A DNA stretch of 64,000 bases. Origin: Micavibrio sp. TMED2. Lineage in GTDB: Bacteria > Pseudomonadota > Alphaproteobacteria > TMED2. The notes below the pieces were generated by a model that saw only the letters and a program-made list of their open reading frames with translations, did no database searches and was not told the DNA's origin. Positions 20,538-31,031 of this stretch are shown here, one piece after another. The position numbers were made by a program, and so were the translations under genes. The DNA lies in the NCBI GenBank assembly GCA_002168225.1, contig NHBH01000001.1, positions 288,188-352,187 of the forward strand, given 5' to 3'. The first letter of the stretch is position 1. Each line of letters begins with the position of its first letter.

Positions 20538-22286
20538 ATCATGTCAGGCAAATCATCAGGGTCAGGCCCGCTCAGTGACGCAGGATTGAAGCAGATTGCC
20601 TCTCTGGCCCATGGCAACGGCATTGATGGCAAGAAGGTCAAGTTGCTGCAGGCCAAGGAAGGCACTGCCACCCTGCGCGGTCAGCTGACCATCCAGATTG
20701 CCGGCAAGGTCAGCACCAAACGCAATGTCGGCGATCCGCCTGACGGCATTACCATCTGCGGTACCAAGCATGACTGGCAGCAGCGGGCCAAAACCGCCAG
20801 TCAGGAAGCAGGCAAGGATCCGCAACTGCGTGACCAGCTGATTGATCTGATTATGAAGCAGCCCGGCAAGGGCTGGGGCTTCCAGACTGACAAGCTCAAG
20901 CTGCCCACCTCCAATGTCTCGTTTGGGTTTGTGCAGGTCTGTGACGATTGTCACGGGCAGGGCATGATTATCTGTCCTACCTGCCGTGGTGAATCATGGT
21001 TGCCCTGCCGCCCCTGTAACGCTCGTGGCACGGTCAACTGCACCGCCTGTAACCGCACAGGACAGGTCAAGACCGCGACCGGCACCGTGCCTTGTAACGA
21101 ATGCCGTGGCACCGGCGAGATGCAGTGCGATCAGTGTATCGGCAAGGGCCGGGTGATGTGCCAAATGTGTCATGGCAAAACCCAGATCGGTTGTGACACC
21201 TGCCAGCGTCATGGCCGCTTTACCCATATCGCCGATGTTAATCTGGTCGGTCGGGCTGCCTTCAAAATGGCGCCAAAGGATATTCCACCGCCCATGGTCC
21301 GGGTGTTCAAGACCCAGCCACCAACAGTGATCGATCAGGAACAGGCAGAGATCGAGATCATCGATCAGAAAGCCGGCCCGGAAGGGTTGATACTCAACTA
21401 CAGCGCCACCTTCCCGCTGGCGCAGATTCAGGTCGGTCTCGGCAAGAACAAGATACCGGCTACAATCTTCGGCAATCGCCATCGGCTCGGCGGCATGCCA
21501 CCTTTCCTCGACAAGATGATCGAACCGGGTCTGCAGGCGCTGGAAAAGGCCGGACAAGGCAAGGGCAATGTGGCCGGGCATATCCAGCAGGCAACCAAAT
21601 ACCGGGTGCTCAAGCTGGCAGTGGTACAGGCGCTGGCTGGTCGTGGCGATCTGGAACGCTATCTGGTCGAGCGGTTCCCGCTGGCGCTGACACCGAAAAC
21701 CGGCAAGCACATTGATAACCTGCTCGATAAGGCATTCCTGCACATCACCCGTTATCCACGGATGAAGGCAGTATTTGGCGGTATGCTGCTCAGCCCGCTC
21801 ATCAGCTTTGGTGCCTATTCACTGCCGATCAGGAATATTGCGATCAAAGCCACCGCCCAGCCCATGGCCGGCTGGGTATTCGATGCGATCATTCCATTGA
21901 TGTCATTGGCCTTTACCTTCATGGCCACCCGCTATGTTTCGGGTCGGGCATTGCAGCTCTCTTTGCCGTCACTGTTCAACGAGGCCATGGAAGAGGCTTA
22001 TAAACAGGCAACGGAAATGCCTCAGGAAACCGGACAGGGCATGTCCGGTGCGGTCCTGTTGGCCGATACCGATGAGGATGAAGAAGAGGCCGAAGCTGGC
22101 GAAACCAAGGGCAAGAGCGGGTCATTGTTCCTGCTCGCGCTTATCGGTGTGCCATTGCTCAGCTTTGCCGGGATGATCGGCGCAATCTATTACGGCGGCG
22201 TTCAGCCCGACTGGTTGCCGATGATCCAGCATTACCTGCCGATCCAGCTGCCGCCACCGCCAGTGCCGCCGGTTTCGGCTTACTGA
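20538..22286 (+). CDS. Membrane-anchored protein with tandem DnaJ-type CxxCxGxG zinc-finger repeats, C-terminal TM helices and a Pro-rich tail. Function unknown. Start uncertain, 20460–20538.
   Basis: Repeats [64 protein letters not shown]. Three hydrophobic helices near the C-terminus. Ends …[12 protein letters not shown]. Confidence 0.55.
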   Translation: MMSGKSSGSGPLSDAGLKQIASLAHGNGIDGKKVKLLQAKEGTATLRGQLTIQIAGKVSTKRNVGDPPDGITICGTKHDWQQRAKTASQEAGKDPQLRDQLIDLIMKQPGKGWGFQTDKLKLPTSNVSFGFVQVCDDCHGQGMIICPTCRGESWLPCRPCNARGTVNCTACNRTGQVKTATGTVPCNECRGTGEMQCDQCIGKGRVMCQMCHGKTQIGCDTCQRHGRFTHIADVNLVGRAAFKMAPKDIPPPMVRVFKTQPPTVIDQEQAEIEIIDQKAGPEGLILNYSATFPLAQIQVGLGKNKIPATIFGNRHRLGGMPPFLDKMIEPGLQALEKAGQGKGNVAGHIQQATKYRVLKLAVVQALAGRGDLERYLVERFPLALTPKTGKHIDNLLDKAFLHITRYPRMKAVFGGMLLSPLISFGAYSLPIRNIAIKATAQPMAGWVFDAIIPLMSLAFTFMATRYVSGRALQLSLPSLFNEAMEEAYKQATEMPQETGQGMSGAVLLADTDEDEEEAEAGETKGKSGSLFLLALIGVPLLSFAGMIGAIYYGGVQPDWLPMIQHYLPIQLPPPPVPPVSAY

Positions 22287-23536
22287 TTCATCGACTGGAA
22301 GAAATCGTCGTTGTTTTTGGTCTGCTTCAGCTTGTCGAGCAGGAAGTCCATGCTGTCGGTGGTACCCATCGGCATGAGGATACGACGCAGCATCCACATC
22401 TTGGCCAGTGCGCCCTTGTCGACCAGCAGCTCTTCCTTACGGGTACCGGATTTGCCAACATCAATGGCCGGGAAGGTACGCTTGTCGGCGAGCTTGCGAT
22501 CCATGACGATCTCGGCGTTACCGGTGCCCTTGAACTCCTCGAAGATAACCTCATCCATCCGGCTGCCGGTATCGATCAGGGCAGAGGCGATAATGGTCAG
22601 CGACCCGCCTTCCTCGATATTACGGGCGGCACCGAAGAAACGCTTCGGACGCTGCAGGGCATTGGCATCGACACCACCGGTCAGAACCTTGCCGGATGAT
22701 GGAACAACGGTGTTATAGGCACGCGCCAGACGGGTGATACTGTCGAGCAGGATCACAACATCGCGCTTGTGCTCAACCAGACGTTTGGCCTTCTCGATCA
22801 CCATTTCCGCAACCGCAACGTGGCGGGTTGCCGGCTCATCGAAGGTTGAGGAAATCACCTCACCCTTCACCGAACGGGCCATATCGGTCACTTCCTCGGG
22901 CCGCTCATCGATCAGCAGAACGATCAGATAGGCTTCCGGGTGGTTTGCCTCGATCGACGATGCGATCGATTGCAGCATGATGGTTTTACCGGTCCGTGGC
23001 GGTGCGACCAGCAGGGCACGCTGGCCCTTGCCGAGTGGCGCAACCAGCTCGATCACCCGCGGGGTGTAATCTTTCTTGGTCGGATTATCGATCTCGAGAT
23101 TGAGTTTCTCATCCGGGTAAAGCGGTGTCAGGTTGTCGAAATTGATCCGGTGGCGGAGTTTTTCCGGCTCATCGAAATTGACCGTATTGACCTTGAGCAT
23201 GGCGAAATAGCGCTCGCCATCCTTCGGTGCCCGAATTTCACCCTCAACCGTATCACCGGTACGCAGACCGAAACGACGGATCTGGCTTGGCGAGACGTAA
23301 ATATCATCGGGGCCTGGCAGATAGTTTGATTCCGGTGAGCGGAGGAAACCGAAACCGTCCTGCAGAACCTCAAGCACACCATTGCCGAAGATCGACACGT
23401 CATTCGAGGCGAGTTGCTGCAGGATCGCAAACATCATGTCCTGCTTACGCAGGCTGCTGGCGTTCTCGATCTCGAGCTCTTCAGCAAATGCGAGTAGTTC
23501 CTGTGGGGTTTTTTCTTTGAGGTCTTGAAGGTTCAT
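22280..23536 (-). CDS. rho: Transcription termination factor Rho
   Basis: N-terminal [45 protein letters not shown]-binding OB domain and RecA-like ATPase with Walker A PPRTGKT. Confidence 0.95.
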   Translation of the reverse strand: MNLQDLKEKTPQELLAFAEELEIENASSLRKQDMMFAILQQLASNDVSIFGNGVLEVLQDGFGFLRSPESNYLPGPDDIYVSPSQIRRFGLRTGDTVEGEIRAPKDGERYFAMLKVNTVNFDEPEKLRHRINFDNLTPLYPDEKLNLEIDNPTKKDYTPRVIELVAPLGKGQRALLVAPPRTGKTIMLQSIASSIEANHPEAYLIVLLIDERPEEVTDMARSVKGEVISSTFDEPATRHVAVAEMVIEKAKRLVEHKRDVVILLDSITRLARAYNTVVPSSGKVLTGGVDANALQRPKRFFGAARNIEEGGSLTIIASALIDTGSRMDEVIFEEFKGTGNAEIVMDRKLADKRTFPAIDVGKSGTRKEELLVDKGALAKMWMLRRILMPMGTTDSMDFLLDKLKQTKNNDDFFQSMNQ

Positions 23537-23961
23537 CGGGGTAATCGATCGGATATGGTTTTTGGGCTGGTTATCTCGTCAGGATCAACGCTGGCAATGT
23601 CATGGAAAAACGGGGAAGAGAGGAATTTTTCAAAATCGTCATCCGGATCAACCGGAAGCCGGAAAAGAAATCCAAACCGGTATTTCTGACGACTGCCTAT
23701 AGAAACTTTGCGGGCTGATACTTACAGAACTGGTCGGGGGGACCGCCGACAGTCATGGTGGTGATATGGGCTGTTGTTCATGGCTCCCTCCATCGGAGAA
23801 CCAGCATCGCCTCTAACTCGTAACCGCTTCTGACGGTCGAATTCACTCATCATGCTTATCGGGATGAGTCCAAAACTATGTCAGAGCGGCCAGCAGGTCA
23901 ATGGTATTTGATAAACCATGCAAACAGCCGATCGGTTCCATCGCATATGGATCGGACCAGA

Positions 23962-24393
23962 TCAGAACGGTTGGACAACCACCAGGATCACAATCACGAT
24001 CAGGATGACCGTCGGTACCTCATTGGCGATGCGGAAGAATTTCGATGATCGGGTCGAACTGCCATCAGCCAGTTCCCGGCGCCATTTACCGCAAGCTCCC
24101 TGAAAACCGCTCAACAACAGAACCAGTGTAATCTTGGCATGTAGCCAACCGGCTTCTAGCCAGCCGGGATTGAGCGCAACCAGTGAAATACCGAATACCC
24201 AGGTCGCAATCATCGCCGGGTTCATGATGTATTTCAGCAGTTTGCGTTCCATCACCTGAAAGGTCTCGGCCTGTGGCCCGGTCAGACCGTTTTCCACGTG
24301 ATAGACGTACAGCCGCGGCAGATAGAAAAGTCCGGCCATCCACGCAATCAGTGAGATGATATGCGCGGCCTTAACCCAGAGATAAAAATCCAT
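23962..24393 (-). CDS. hemJ: Protoporphyrinogen IX oxidase HemJ (UPF0093/CopD-like)
   Basis: MDFYLWVKAAHIISLIAWMAGLFYLPRLYVYH is the HemJ family N-terminus. Immediately downstream of hemE. Confidence 0.8.
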   Translation of the reverse strand: MDFYLWVKAAHIISLIAWMAGLFYLPRLYVYHVENGLTGPQAETFQVMERKLLKYIMNPAMIATWVFGISLVALNPGWLEAGWLHAKITLVLLLSGFQGACGKWRRELADGSSTRSSKFFRIANEVPTVILIVIVILVVVQPF

Positions 24394-24400
24394 GATCAGG

Positions 24401-25603
24401 TCAATCCATTGCCATCATTTCAGCAGCTGCCGCGAGATTGGAGAAGCGGCGGCAGAGATCAGCGACATATTCCACATGGCGAACCGGTGTGGATTTATGC
24501 AGGCCATGACCGACATTGAGGATGAATGGACGGTCACACATACGCAGCATGATGGTTTCAGCGGCTTTTTTCAGTGAATCACCACCGGCCAGAACCGCAG
24601 CAGGATCGATATTGCCCTGTACCGGCATCAGCATCGACAGGTGATCATAGGCGTATTGCGGCGTCACCTTCTCATCGATGTGGATCGCATTGATCCCGGT
24701 TACCTTTGCGTAATGCTGGTAATTCTCACCAACGCCGCGTGGATAGCCGATGATCGGAATTTTCGGATGCTTGGCTTTCAGCAGTTTGACCAGACGCTGC
24801 GTTGGTCGCACGACAAGGGTGTCATAAAGCACTGGCGGCAGCACACCGGCATGACTGTCAAATATCATGATCGCCTCGGCACCGCCCTTGATCTGGGCTG
24901 ACAGAAACTCGACCGTGGTCTCGATAATCACGGTCAGCAGACCGTTGAAGCCACGTGGATCGCGATAGGCCCATTTCTTGGCCATGGCGAAGTCCTTGCT
25001 GCCACCGCCCTCGACCATATAGGTCGCGACAGTCCATGGCGCACCGGCAAAACCGATCAGGGCCACATCATCCGGCAGACCCTTTTTCGCCAGCTTGGCG
25101 GCTTCCGTCGCATGAGCGAGACGTTCAACAATCAGCTTCGGATTGAGCTTGCCCATATCGTTGAATTCACGGATCGGGTCGAGCTTGGGCCCGCTGCCAT
25201 CAACAAATTCCAGTTTCTGCTGGAGCGCATAGGGCACCATCAGAATATCCGAAAACAGAATTGCCGCATCGGGATGGAACCGGCGCACCGGTTGCAGTGT
25301 TACCTCGGATGCATAGGCGGGATTGGTAACCATATCGAGGAAGCCGCCCGCCTTGGCGCGCAAAGTGCGGTATTCTTCCATATAGCGACCGGCTTGGCGC
25401 AGGAACCAGAAGGCGGGACGTTCGGCAATGTCACCATCAACGATTTCCAGAAACAGCTTGGCCGGTGGTGGCGCTTCCGGTTCTGCCGCCTGCTGCTGGC
25501 CCATTGGCTTGCCATCGGCATCGAGCATGGGTTCGTCACTGGTTGGTGTGGATTGTCCAAAATCACCTGACATGGAAGGCTGGTCCCCGAAAAATTCTGC
25601 CAA
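24401..25603 (-). CDS. hemE: Uroporphyrinogen decarboxylase HemE. Has a ~50-aa acidic/Pro-rich N-terminal extension; true start may be an internal Met.
   Basis: RPAFWFLRQAGRYMEEYR … FSDILMVPYAL motifs. Confidence 0.9.
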   Translation of the reverse strand: MAEFFGDQPSMSGDFGQSTPTSDEPMLDADGKPMGQQQAAEPEAPPPAKLFLEIVDGDIAERPAFWFLRQAGRYMEEYRTLRAKAGGFLDMVTNPAYASEVTLQPVRRFHPDAAILFSDILMVPYALQQKLEFVDGSGPKLDPIREFNDMGKLNPKLIVERLAHATEAAKLAKKGLPDDVALIGFAGAPWTVATYMVEGGGSKDFAMAKKWAYRDPRGFNGLLTVIIETTVEFLSAQIKGGAEAIMIFDSHAGVLPPVLYDTLVVRPTQRLVKLLKAKHPKIPIIGYPRGVGENYQHYAKVTGINAIHIDEKVTPQYAYDHLSMLMPVQGNIDPAAVLAGGDSLKKAAETIMLRMCDRPFILNVGHGLHKSTPVRHVEYVADLCRRFSNLAAAAEMMAMD

Positions 25604-25619
25604 AGCATAAACATACAGG

Positions 25620-26100
25620 CTTAACGCCGATGAGAGAACATCTGATCGTCAAGGCAGGCATGAAAGTGTCCGTTTCGGCGCGTCGGGTCAATACGCTCGG
25701 ACCCAATACATAATTATTAATTTATTAATAAGGATTTGTTGTTGTTAGTGGATGCCTGTGGGTTCCGGGGATTCATTTTTATGCACGGCATATCCACATG
25801 CAGTACACGGGCCGGGTGATGTTTCCCGTGGCCTGTGGACCAGCATGTTGGTAATTCGATAGCAATGCTTTATGAACCGCAGAAATCCAATTAGTTGATA
25901 CAGGATTTCATCATTGGGGATTACGGTCCCGGTGAGCCATGAATGCACATACTCATCCACCGCTGTGGGGAGATGTCGGTAAACTGCTCCACTGGGGGAT
26001 AGGCGTATGGTAGATATTAAAGAGAAGGTGCACAGTTCTGGCCATGCCAGTGTTCACACCGCTTTATCCACTGGTTATCCCGGTTCTTTTCCTAAAACGA
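25620..26100. other. Putative chromosomal replication origin (oriC): AT-rich unwinding element plus several DnaA-box-like 9-mers between hemE and the DUF299/PSRP gene.
   Basis: AT-rich block 25706–25745 (aattattaatttattaataa…). Near-consensus DnaA boxes ATATCCACA (25790–25798), TCATCCACC (25953–25961), TTATCCACT (26064–26072), TTATCCCGG (26075–26083). hemE–ori–RP001(DUF299) synteny is conserved in alphaproteobacteria. Confidence 0.45.
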
Positions 26101-26105
26101 TCCCC

Positions 26106-26993
26106 ATGACGATTACCCCATCAGCCGATGGCAACGGTGCCGGAAAACGAAAATTCCACCTGCATCTTATATCGGACAGCAGTGGAGAAACCATTAACAG
26201 CGTCGGTCGCGCTGCCATTTCGCAGTTCGATAATGTCGAACCGATCGAGCATTTCTGGAACCTCGTCCGTACCGAACGTCAGCTCGCCCTCGTGATCGAG
26301 GAGATCGAGCGTTGCCCCGGTATCGTGCTGGTAACCATTGTTGATGATGTCCTGCGCAGCAAACTGGTTGAGCGTTGCCGTGAGCTGCAGGTTCCCTGCG
26401 TGCCGGTGCTCGATCCGGTGATGAATGCCTTTGCGCTTTATCTCGATCAGGAGCGCCATTCCGAGCCGGGCCGCCAGCACACTCTTGATGCTGCCTATTT
26501 CCACCGGATCGAAGCAATGGATTTTGCCCTGTCCAATGATGATGGCCAGATGGGTCAGCGGCTGCATGAGGCCGATGTGGTACTGGTCGGTGTCTCGCGT
26601 ACCTCCAAGACCCCGACCTGCATCTATCTCGGTAACCGCGCGGTCAAGGCAGCGAACATCCCCTATGTCCCCGGTTCACCATTGCCGGAAGCCCTGCATG
26701 AGGCAACGAAACCGTTGATCGTTGGCCTGACCAAGGATCCCGACCGCCTCGTCCAGATCCGGCAGCAGCGCCTGCGGATGCTGAAGCAGGATGAGGACAC
26801 GGACTACGCCAATCCCGATAAGGTGCGGGCAGAAGTGTTAGAAGCCCGACGCTATTTTGCCAAGCATGGCTGGCCAGTGATTGATGTGACCCGTCGCTCG
26901 ATCGAGGAGACAGCAGCGGAAATTATGATGCTGTTGTCGCGCAAACGCGCCAAGGCAATCGAAGCCGCTACTGGCGGCAAAACCGATAACTGA
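26106..26993 (+). CDS. Pyruvate,phosphate dikinase/PEP synthetase regulatory protein (DUF299 kinase/pyrophosphorylase; RP001 homologue)
   Basis: KFHLHLISDSSGET N-terminal motif and P-loop-like GVSRTSKTP. ORF-track start 26007 is over-extended. Confidence 0.85.
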   Translation: MTITPSADGNGAGKRKFHLHLISDSSGETINSVGRAAISQFDNVEPIEHFWNLVRTERQLALVIEEIERCPGIVLVTIVDDVLRSKLVERCRELQVPCVPVLDPVMNAFALYLDQERHSEPGRQHTLDAAYFHRIEAMDFALSNDDGQMGQRLHEADVVLVGVSRTSKTPTCIYLGNRAVKAANIPYVPGSPLPEALHEATKPLIVGLTKDPDRLVQIRQQRLRMLKQDEDTDYANPDKVRAEVLEARRYFAKHGWPVIDVTRRSIEETAAEIMMLLSRKRAKAIEAATGGKTDN

Positions 26994-27014
26994 TCTCTGG
27001 AAGTTCCCCGTATC

Positions 27015-27638
27015 ATGAGTTTTGTCTCTGCCCCACTGGTGCTGGCATCAGGGTCCAGCGCACGCCGTCAGATGCTGGAGGCGGTTGGCCTCGATCCGAT
27101 CATTGCGCCTGCTGCGGTGGATGAGGATGAGGTCAAGGCATCCTGTAAACAGGCCGGTCTGACCGCTGCCGAAACCGCCGAAGCCCTGGCCGAAACCAAG
27201 GCCCAGCGCGTTGCCGCGAAATATCCCGATCATTATGTGCTTGGCTGCGACCAGATCATGTCGCTGTCGGTTACCGGCGAGGAAACCCGCTGGTTCGACA
27301 AGCCGAAGGATGCCAATGATCTGAAAAATCATCTCGAGACCATCAGTGGCAAAACCCATCATCTGGAGACGGCAGCGGTATTGCTCTATCGCGGTGCCCG
27401 TATCTGGCATCAGGTAACCCGTCCCGCCCTGACCGTGCGCCGGTTATCGCCTGAGTTTATCGATGCCTATATCGCGGCGGGCGGCGATGATCTGTTGGCT
27501 TGTGTTGGCGGTTATCAGATTGAAGGACTTGGCCCGCATCTGTTTACCCGGATTGAGGGGGATGAATTTTCAATCCGTGGTCTGCCATTGCTGGCGCTGC
27601 TCGGGTTCCTGCGCGATCGCAATGTTGTGCCCGGGTGA
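27015..27638 (+). CDS. maf: Maf-like nucleoside-triphosphate pyrophosphatase
   Basis: LVLASGSSARRQML… N-terminus and …GLPL… C-terminus typical of Maf. Confidence 0.85.
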   Translation: MSFVSAPLVLASGSSARRQMLEAVGLDPIIAPAAVDEDEVKASCKQAGLTAAETAEALAETKAQRVAAKYPDHYVLGCDQIMSLSVTGEETRWFDKPKDANDLKNHLETISGKTHHLETAAVLLYRGARIWHQVTRPALTVRRLSPEFIDAYIAAGGDDLLACVGGYQIEGLGPHLFTRIEGDEFSIRGLPLLALLGFLRDRNVVPG

Positions 27639-28859
27639 TGAATTGCTGCTGACCGGTACCGGCAGGGCAACTTTGGGCAATAGCAGCCAGTAACGACCAC
27701 TGCTTTTCATATTGCCGGCTCTTTCCTCGGCATCGCTGCCATAGCCCCAGAACACATCACCGCGCACCGCGCCGCGAATGGCACCGCCGGTATCCTGTGC
27801 CATCATCAGACGTTGCAGACGCTTGCCCGGCTGCATGGGATCATCGGCATCAAGAAACACCGGCACGCCATAGGGCAGTAATGAACGATCAATCGCCAGG
27901 CTGCGCCCTGCGGTCAGGGCAACACCCTCGCCGCCGATCGGTCCCTCGCCCTCAATCTCCCGGAAGAAAACATAGGACGGGTTGCTGTTCATGATCTCAT
28001 CGGCACGGTCCGGGTTGCGCTTCAACCAGTCACGGATCGACTGCAGCGAGACGTTTTCTCTGGTCAACTCACCCTGATCGATCAGGGTCCGGCCGATTGC
28101 CACATAGGGGTGGCCGTTCTGGGCAGCATAGCCGACGCGCATTTCATCGCCATCATCAAGCAGGATACGTCCGGAACCCTGTATCTGCAGGAAGAAGGCT
28201 TCCACCGGATCGGCCACATAGACCAGCGGTTCAAGTTCGCTGGCACTTTGTCCGGCTACGATTTCGCCGCGATCCTCATAGGGTTTCAGCTGACCATTGA
28301 TAATCCGCCCGGCAATCCGCCGACCCTTGAGGTCATCGCGAAAATCGCCGAGTTGCACCATGACCAGATCACCCGGGCGCTGATAAAGCGGGGTGTGATA
28401 AAGCGATGAACGGGTGCGGCTGCCTTCCAGTGATGCTTCGTAATAGCCGGTGAACAACCCGTCACGGCTGCCGGTTTCATCCTGCACGCTGTAGGGGTTG
28501 AAGACGGCTTCGAGGGCTTTTCTGAAATCAGCCGGTTGCTCGGGATCGGTGCTGAGCACGATCTGACAGGCGCGCTGCCATTTGCCGGCAATGCCCGCGA
28601 GACCCGACGGACCGACTTTTGCGGTCGGGCTGCGCCGGTTCATGACCGCGCATGATCGCTCCAGTGCCGGGCGCATTTCGGCGACATTATCATGCTTCCA
28701 GCCGGGCAGGTCGGACCACTGCGCCGGGATCAGATCGGCGCGGGCAGGAATATCAGTAGTATCGTCGGTTGCGGCGCAGGCTGACAGCAGGAGTACGGTC
28801 AGGATACCAAGGAGACGGCAGAGAGAGTTTCCCGCGCTGCCAGAATTAAGGGTCGACAC
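27570..28859 (-). CDS. mltA: Membrane-bound lytic murein transglycosylase A (MltA), lipoprotein. 3' tail overlaps the maf 3' end by ~69 nt (convergent).
   Basis: Lipobox LLLSAC, MltA domain, 3D domain ending …GRYWLLLPK. Confidence 0.85.
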   Translation of the reverse strand: MSTLNSGSAGNSLCRLLGILTVLLLSACAATDDTTDIPARADLIPAQWSDLPGWKHDNVAEMRPALERSCAVMNRRSPTAKVGPSGLAGIAGKWQRACQIVLSTDPEQPADFRKALEAVFNPYSVQDETGSRDGLFTGYYEASLEGSRTRSSLYHTPLYQRPGDLVMVQLGDFRDDLKGRRIAGRIINGQLKPYEDRGEIVAGQSASELEPLVYVADPVEAFFLQIQGSGRILLDDGDEMRVGYAAQNGHPYVAIGRTLIDQGELTRENVSLQSIRDWLKRNPDRADEIMNSNPSYVFFREIEGEGPIGGEGVALTAGRSLAIDRSLLPYGVPVFLDADDPMQPGKRLQRLMMAQDTGGAIRGAVRGDVFWGYGSDAEERAGNMKSSGRYWLLLPKVALPVPVSSNSSPGHNIAIAQEPEQRQQWQTTD

Positions 28860-29535
28860 GGGTCTCGATCAGTTTCCAGTTCGGATTATCGCTGTTTATC
28901 GGGCGGGCAAAGGTCCAGATATCGGTGATTTCAACCGTTGCCGGTTCCGCATCCTTGCCCTCATGTTCCGCTTGTTCACGGGTCAGTTCATTGACCTGAT
29001 CGGAAATGATCCGGACCGTGATTTCCAGCATGTTGTTATTGGTTTTGGCCTCGATGATCGAGATGTCATGAACTTCCTTAATCTCAGTGCTCAGGGTTTC
29101 ATTGGCCTCAGCCCGATCATCGATGGCAGCTGCAAAATCCTGATAGATATTGTCATCAAGCAGGGTGCTCAGCGTGTCCTTGTCATTTGCAGCGAAGGCC
29201 TCGACGATCATCGGGAATGCCACCCTCACACCACTGGTGAAGTGATCCTCGTCAAACTGGCCATCAATCATATGGATGCGCTTGAGCTGTTCGTTGACCG
29301 ATACCGGCAGATCATCATCGCCGGTGTTCAGCACTGCCTGACTGGGATTGTCATAGCCCGGCAGGGTGATGACATTGTCACGCTCACCGCCCTTGGCATC
29401 ACGCGGTGTGTTGTTGTCACGCTTGAATGTATGAGAACCGCGGAATTCATCGCCTTCGTTCTTCTGCCCAAGAACGCTGTTGAGCCGTGCGATCAACAAA
29501 CCCGCGATAACGGCAAAGATAATAAGTTCGATCAT
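28846..29535 (-). CDS. Tim44-like domain membrane protein
   Basis: N-terminal TM helix MIELIIFAVIAGLLIARL then a Tim44-like C-terminal domain. Conserved neighbour of mltA. Confidence 0.75.
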   Translation of the reverse strand: MIELIIFAVIAGLLIARLNSVLGQKNEGDEFRGSHTFKRDNNTPRDAKGGERDNVITLPGYDNPSQAVLNTGDDDLPVSVNEQLKRIHMIDGQFDEDHFTSGVRVAFPMIVEAFAANDKDTLSTLLDDNIYQDFAAAIDDRAEANETLSTEIKEVHDISIIEAKTNNNMLEITVRIISDQVNELTREQAEHEGKDAEPATVEITDIWTFARPINSDNPNWKLIETRVDP

Positions 29536-29837
29536 GTATGATGCCTGAATGGATGCCCGTTTTACTCGACTGATCTCATGGGTAACGGCGTTAGGACCAG
29601 ATTCCAAGCCTTACGCTGTTACCAGTGATGTAAACCGATTTCCAGTGTCCCCGTTAGTAGCCAGCCATAAAATACGTTACCTCTAACGTGGTATAAAGAA
29701 CAGGGTTTGCCAGTCCTGATGCGGCTCTGATCGTGAAAAACTGGCAAAACCGTCCGGTAAATGTTCTTGTTCGCGGCAATAATAATCCTATCTGGGCATT
29801 ATAACTGTCCGGCAAGGACGAATTTCGAAAGAAGCCG

Positions 29838-30344
29838 ATGCCAGCTCTGATCCTGTTTCTCCTCTTTCCGATTTTAGAAATTTCGCTGTTTATCATGGTC
29901 GGCGATGAAATCGGTATTTCCGGTGTGCTGCTGTGGATTCTGGGTTCCGCCATCCTCGGTGTCGGGCTGATCCGTGCCCAGGGCCAGCATATGATCGACC
30001 AGGCCCGGACCACGGTGCAGAACCGTGACGAACCGATGGCCGAGGCGATAACTGGTCTGGCGGCCATTGTTGGCGGTATCCTGCTGATCATTCCGGGTTT
30101 TCTGACCGATATAATCGGCCTTGCCTTCGCCTTGCCGGGGCTGCGCAACATCACCAGTGATTGGCTGCACAAGAGTCTGAGCAAACGGGCGCAGACCGGA
30201 TCAGCCGGTGGTCATGCACATGAGCAGCCGTTTCCCGGCCAGCCGCGACAGGAGCCACCGCGGCAATCAACCGGCGCAGGCGTTGTCATCGAGGGCGATT
30301 ATACGGTTGTCGATGACGCCAATGATCCCCGGCAACAGGGCTGA
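29838..30344 (+). CDS. fxsA: FxsA family cytoplasmic membrane protein
   Basis: MPALILFLLFPILEISLFIMVGDEIG… matches the FxsA N-terminus. Confidence 0.8.
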   Translation: MPALILFLLFPILEISLFIMVGDEIGISGVLLWILGSAILGVGLIRAQGQHMIDQARTTVQNRDEPMAEAITGLAAIVGGILLIIPGFLTDIIGLAFALPGLRNITSDWLHKSLSKRAQTGSAGGHAHEQPFPGQPRQEPPRQSTGAGVVIEGDYTVVDDANDPRQQG

Positions 30345-30448
30345 TTTTAGCGCCGCTGCCATGGCTCAAGGTTGAGTTGGGCGCGGCTTCATGTTAGCCC
30401 GACCCGACCAAACAGTTTTCGTCCATCACATAAATTGGAAAATCTCGC

Positions 30449-31024
30449 ATGTCTGACGCCACCAATGATCAACCCGGTACCGGGGCACCAGCGCAGGGCC
30501 AGCAAGGCCCGGTCGCGCCGATAACAATTCTGGCCCAGTACACCAAGGATCTGTCCTTCGAGAGCCCGAAGGCTCCGGCCAGCCTCGCCGCCGCTGCCCA
30601 GCGTCCGCCGCAGGTTGAGATCAATGTGGATGTGCAGGCCCGTGACATGCAGAACGAGGTCTATGAAGTGGTCCTGCGTATTGTCGCGACCGCTCGCCCG
30701 GCTCCGGCCGAGGGTCAGGCACCAACCGAAGAGCAAAAAGAAACAGTGTTCCTGCTCGACCTGTCATATGCCGGTCTGTTCCGTCTGCAGGGTCTGAAGG
30801 AAGAAATGCGCAAGCCGGTCCTGCTGATCGAGGCGCCACGCCTGCTGTTCCCGTTCGCGCGTGAAATCATGGCCAATACCTCCCGTCAGGGCGGCTTCCC
30901 GCCACTGCTGATCAATCCGGTTGATTTTGCTGATCTCTATCGTCGTCAGAACGGTGCCCAGGCTGCCGCGCAGGGTCAGGCAAACGGTGTTGCCGCTGCC
31001 AATGCAGATGAACCGGTAATCTGA
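30449..31024 (+). CDS. secB: Protein-export chaperone SecB
   Basis: ITILAQYTKDLSFESP … LLFPFAREIMANTSRQGGFPPLLINPVDF. Confidence 0.9.
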   Translation: MSDATNDQPGTGAPAQGQQGPVAPITILAQYTKDLSFESPKAPASLAAAAQRPPQVEINVDVQARDMQNEVYEVVLRIVATARPAPAEGQAPTEEQKETVFLLDLSYAGLFRLQGLKEEMRKPVLLIEAPRLLFPFAREIMANTSRQGGFPPLLINPVDFADLYRRQNGAQAAAQGQANGVAAANADEPVI

Positions 31025-31031
31025 TCCGTTA

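Noticed and set aside
25706-25745. TTAA-N-TTAA repeats in the AT-rich block as CtrA boxes
   Set aside because: Spacing between TTAA elements is 4 nt, not the 7 nt of the CtrA consensus TTAA-N7-TTAAC, and the lineage may not use CtrA at the origin.
25745-25960. 71-aa minus-strand ORF inside the hemE–DUF299 intergenic region
   Set aside because: No RBS, odd composition, and it lies within the AT-rich putative origin region. More parsimonious as non-coding oriC DNA.
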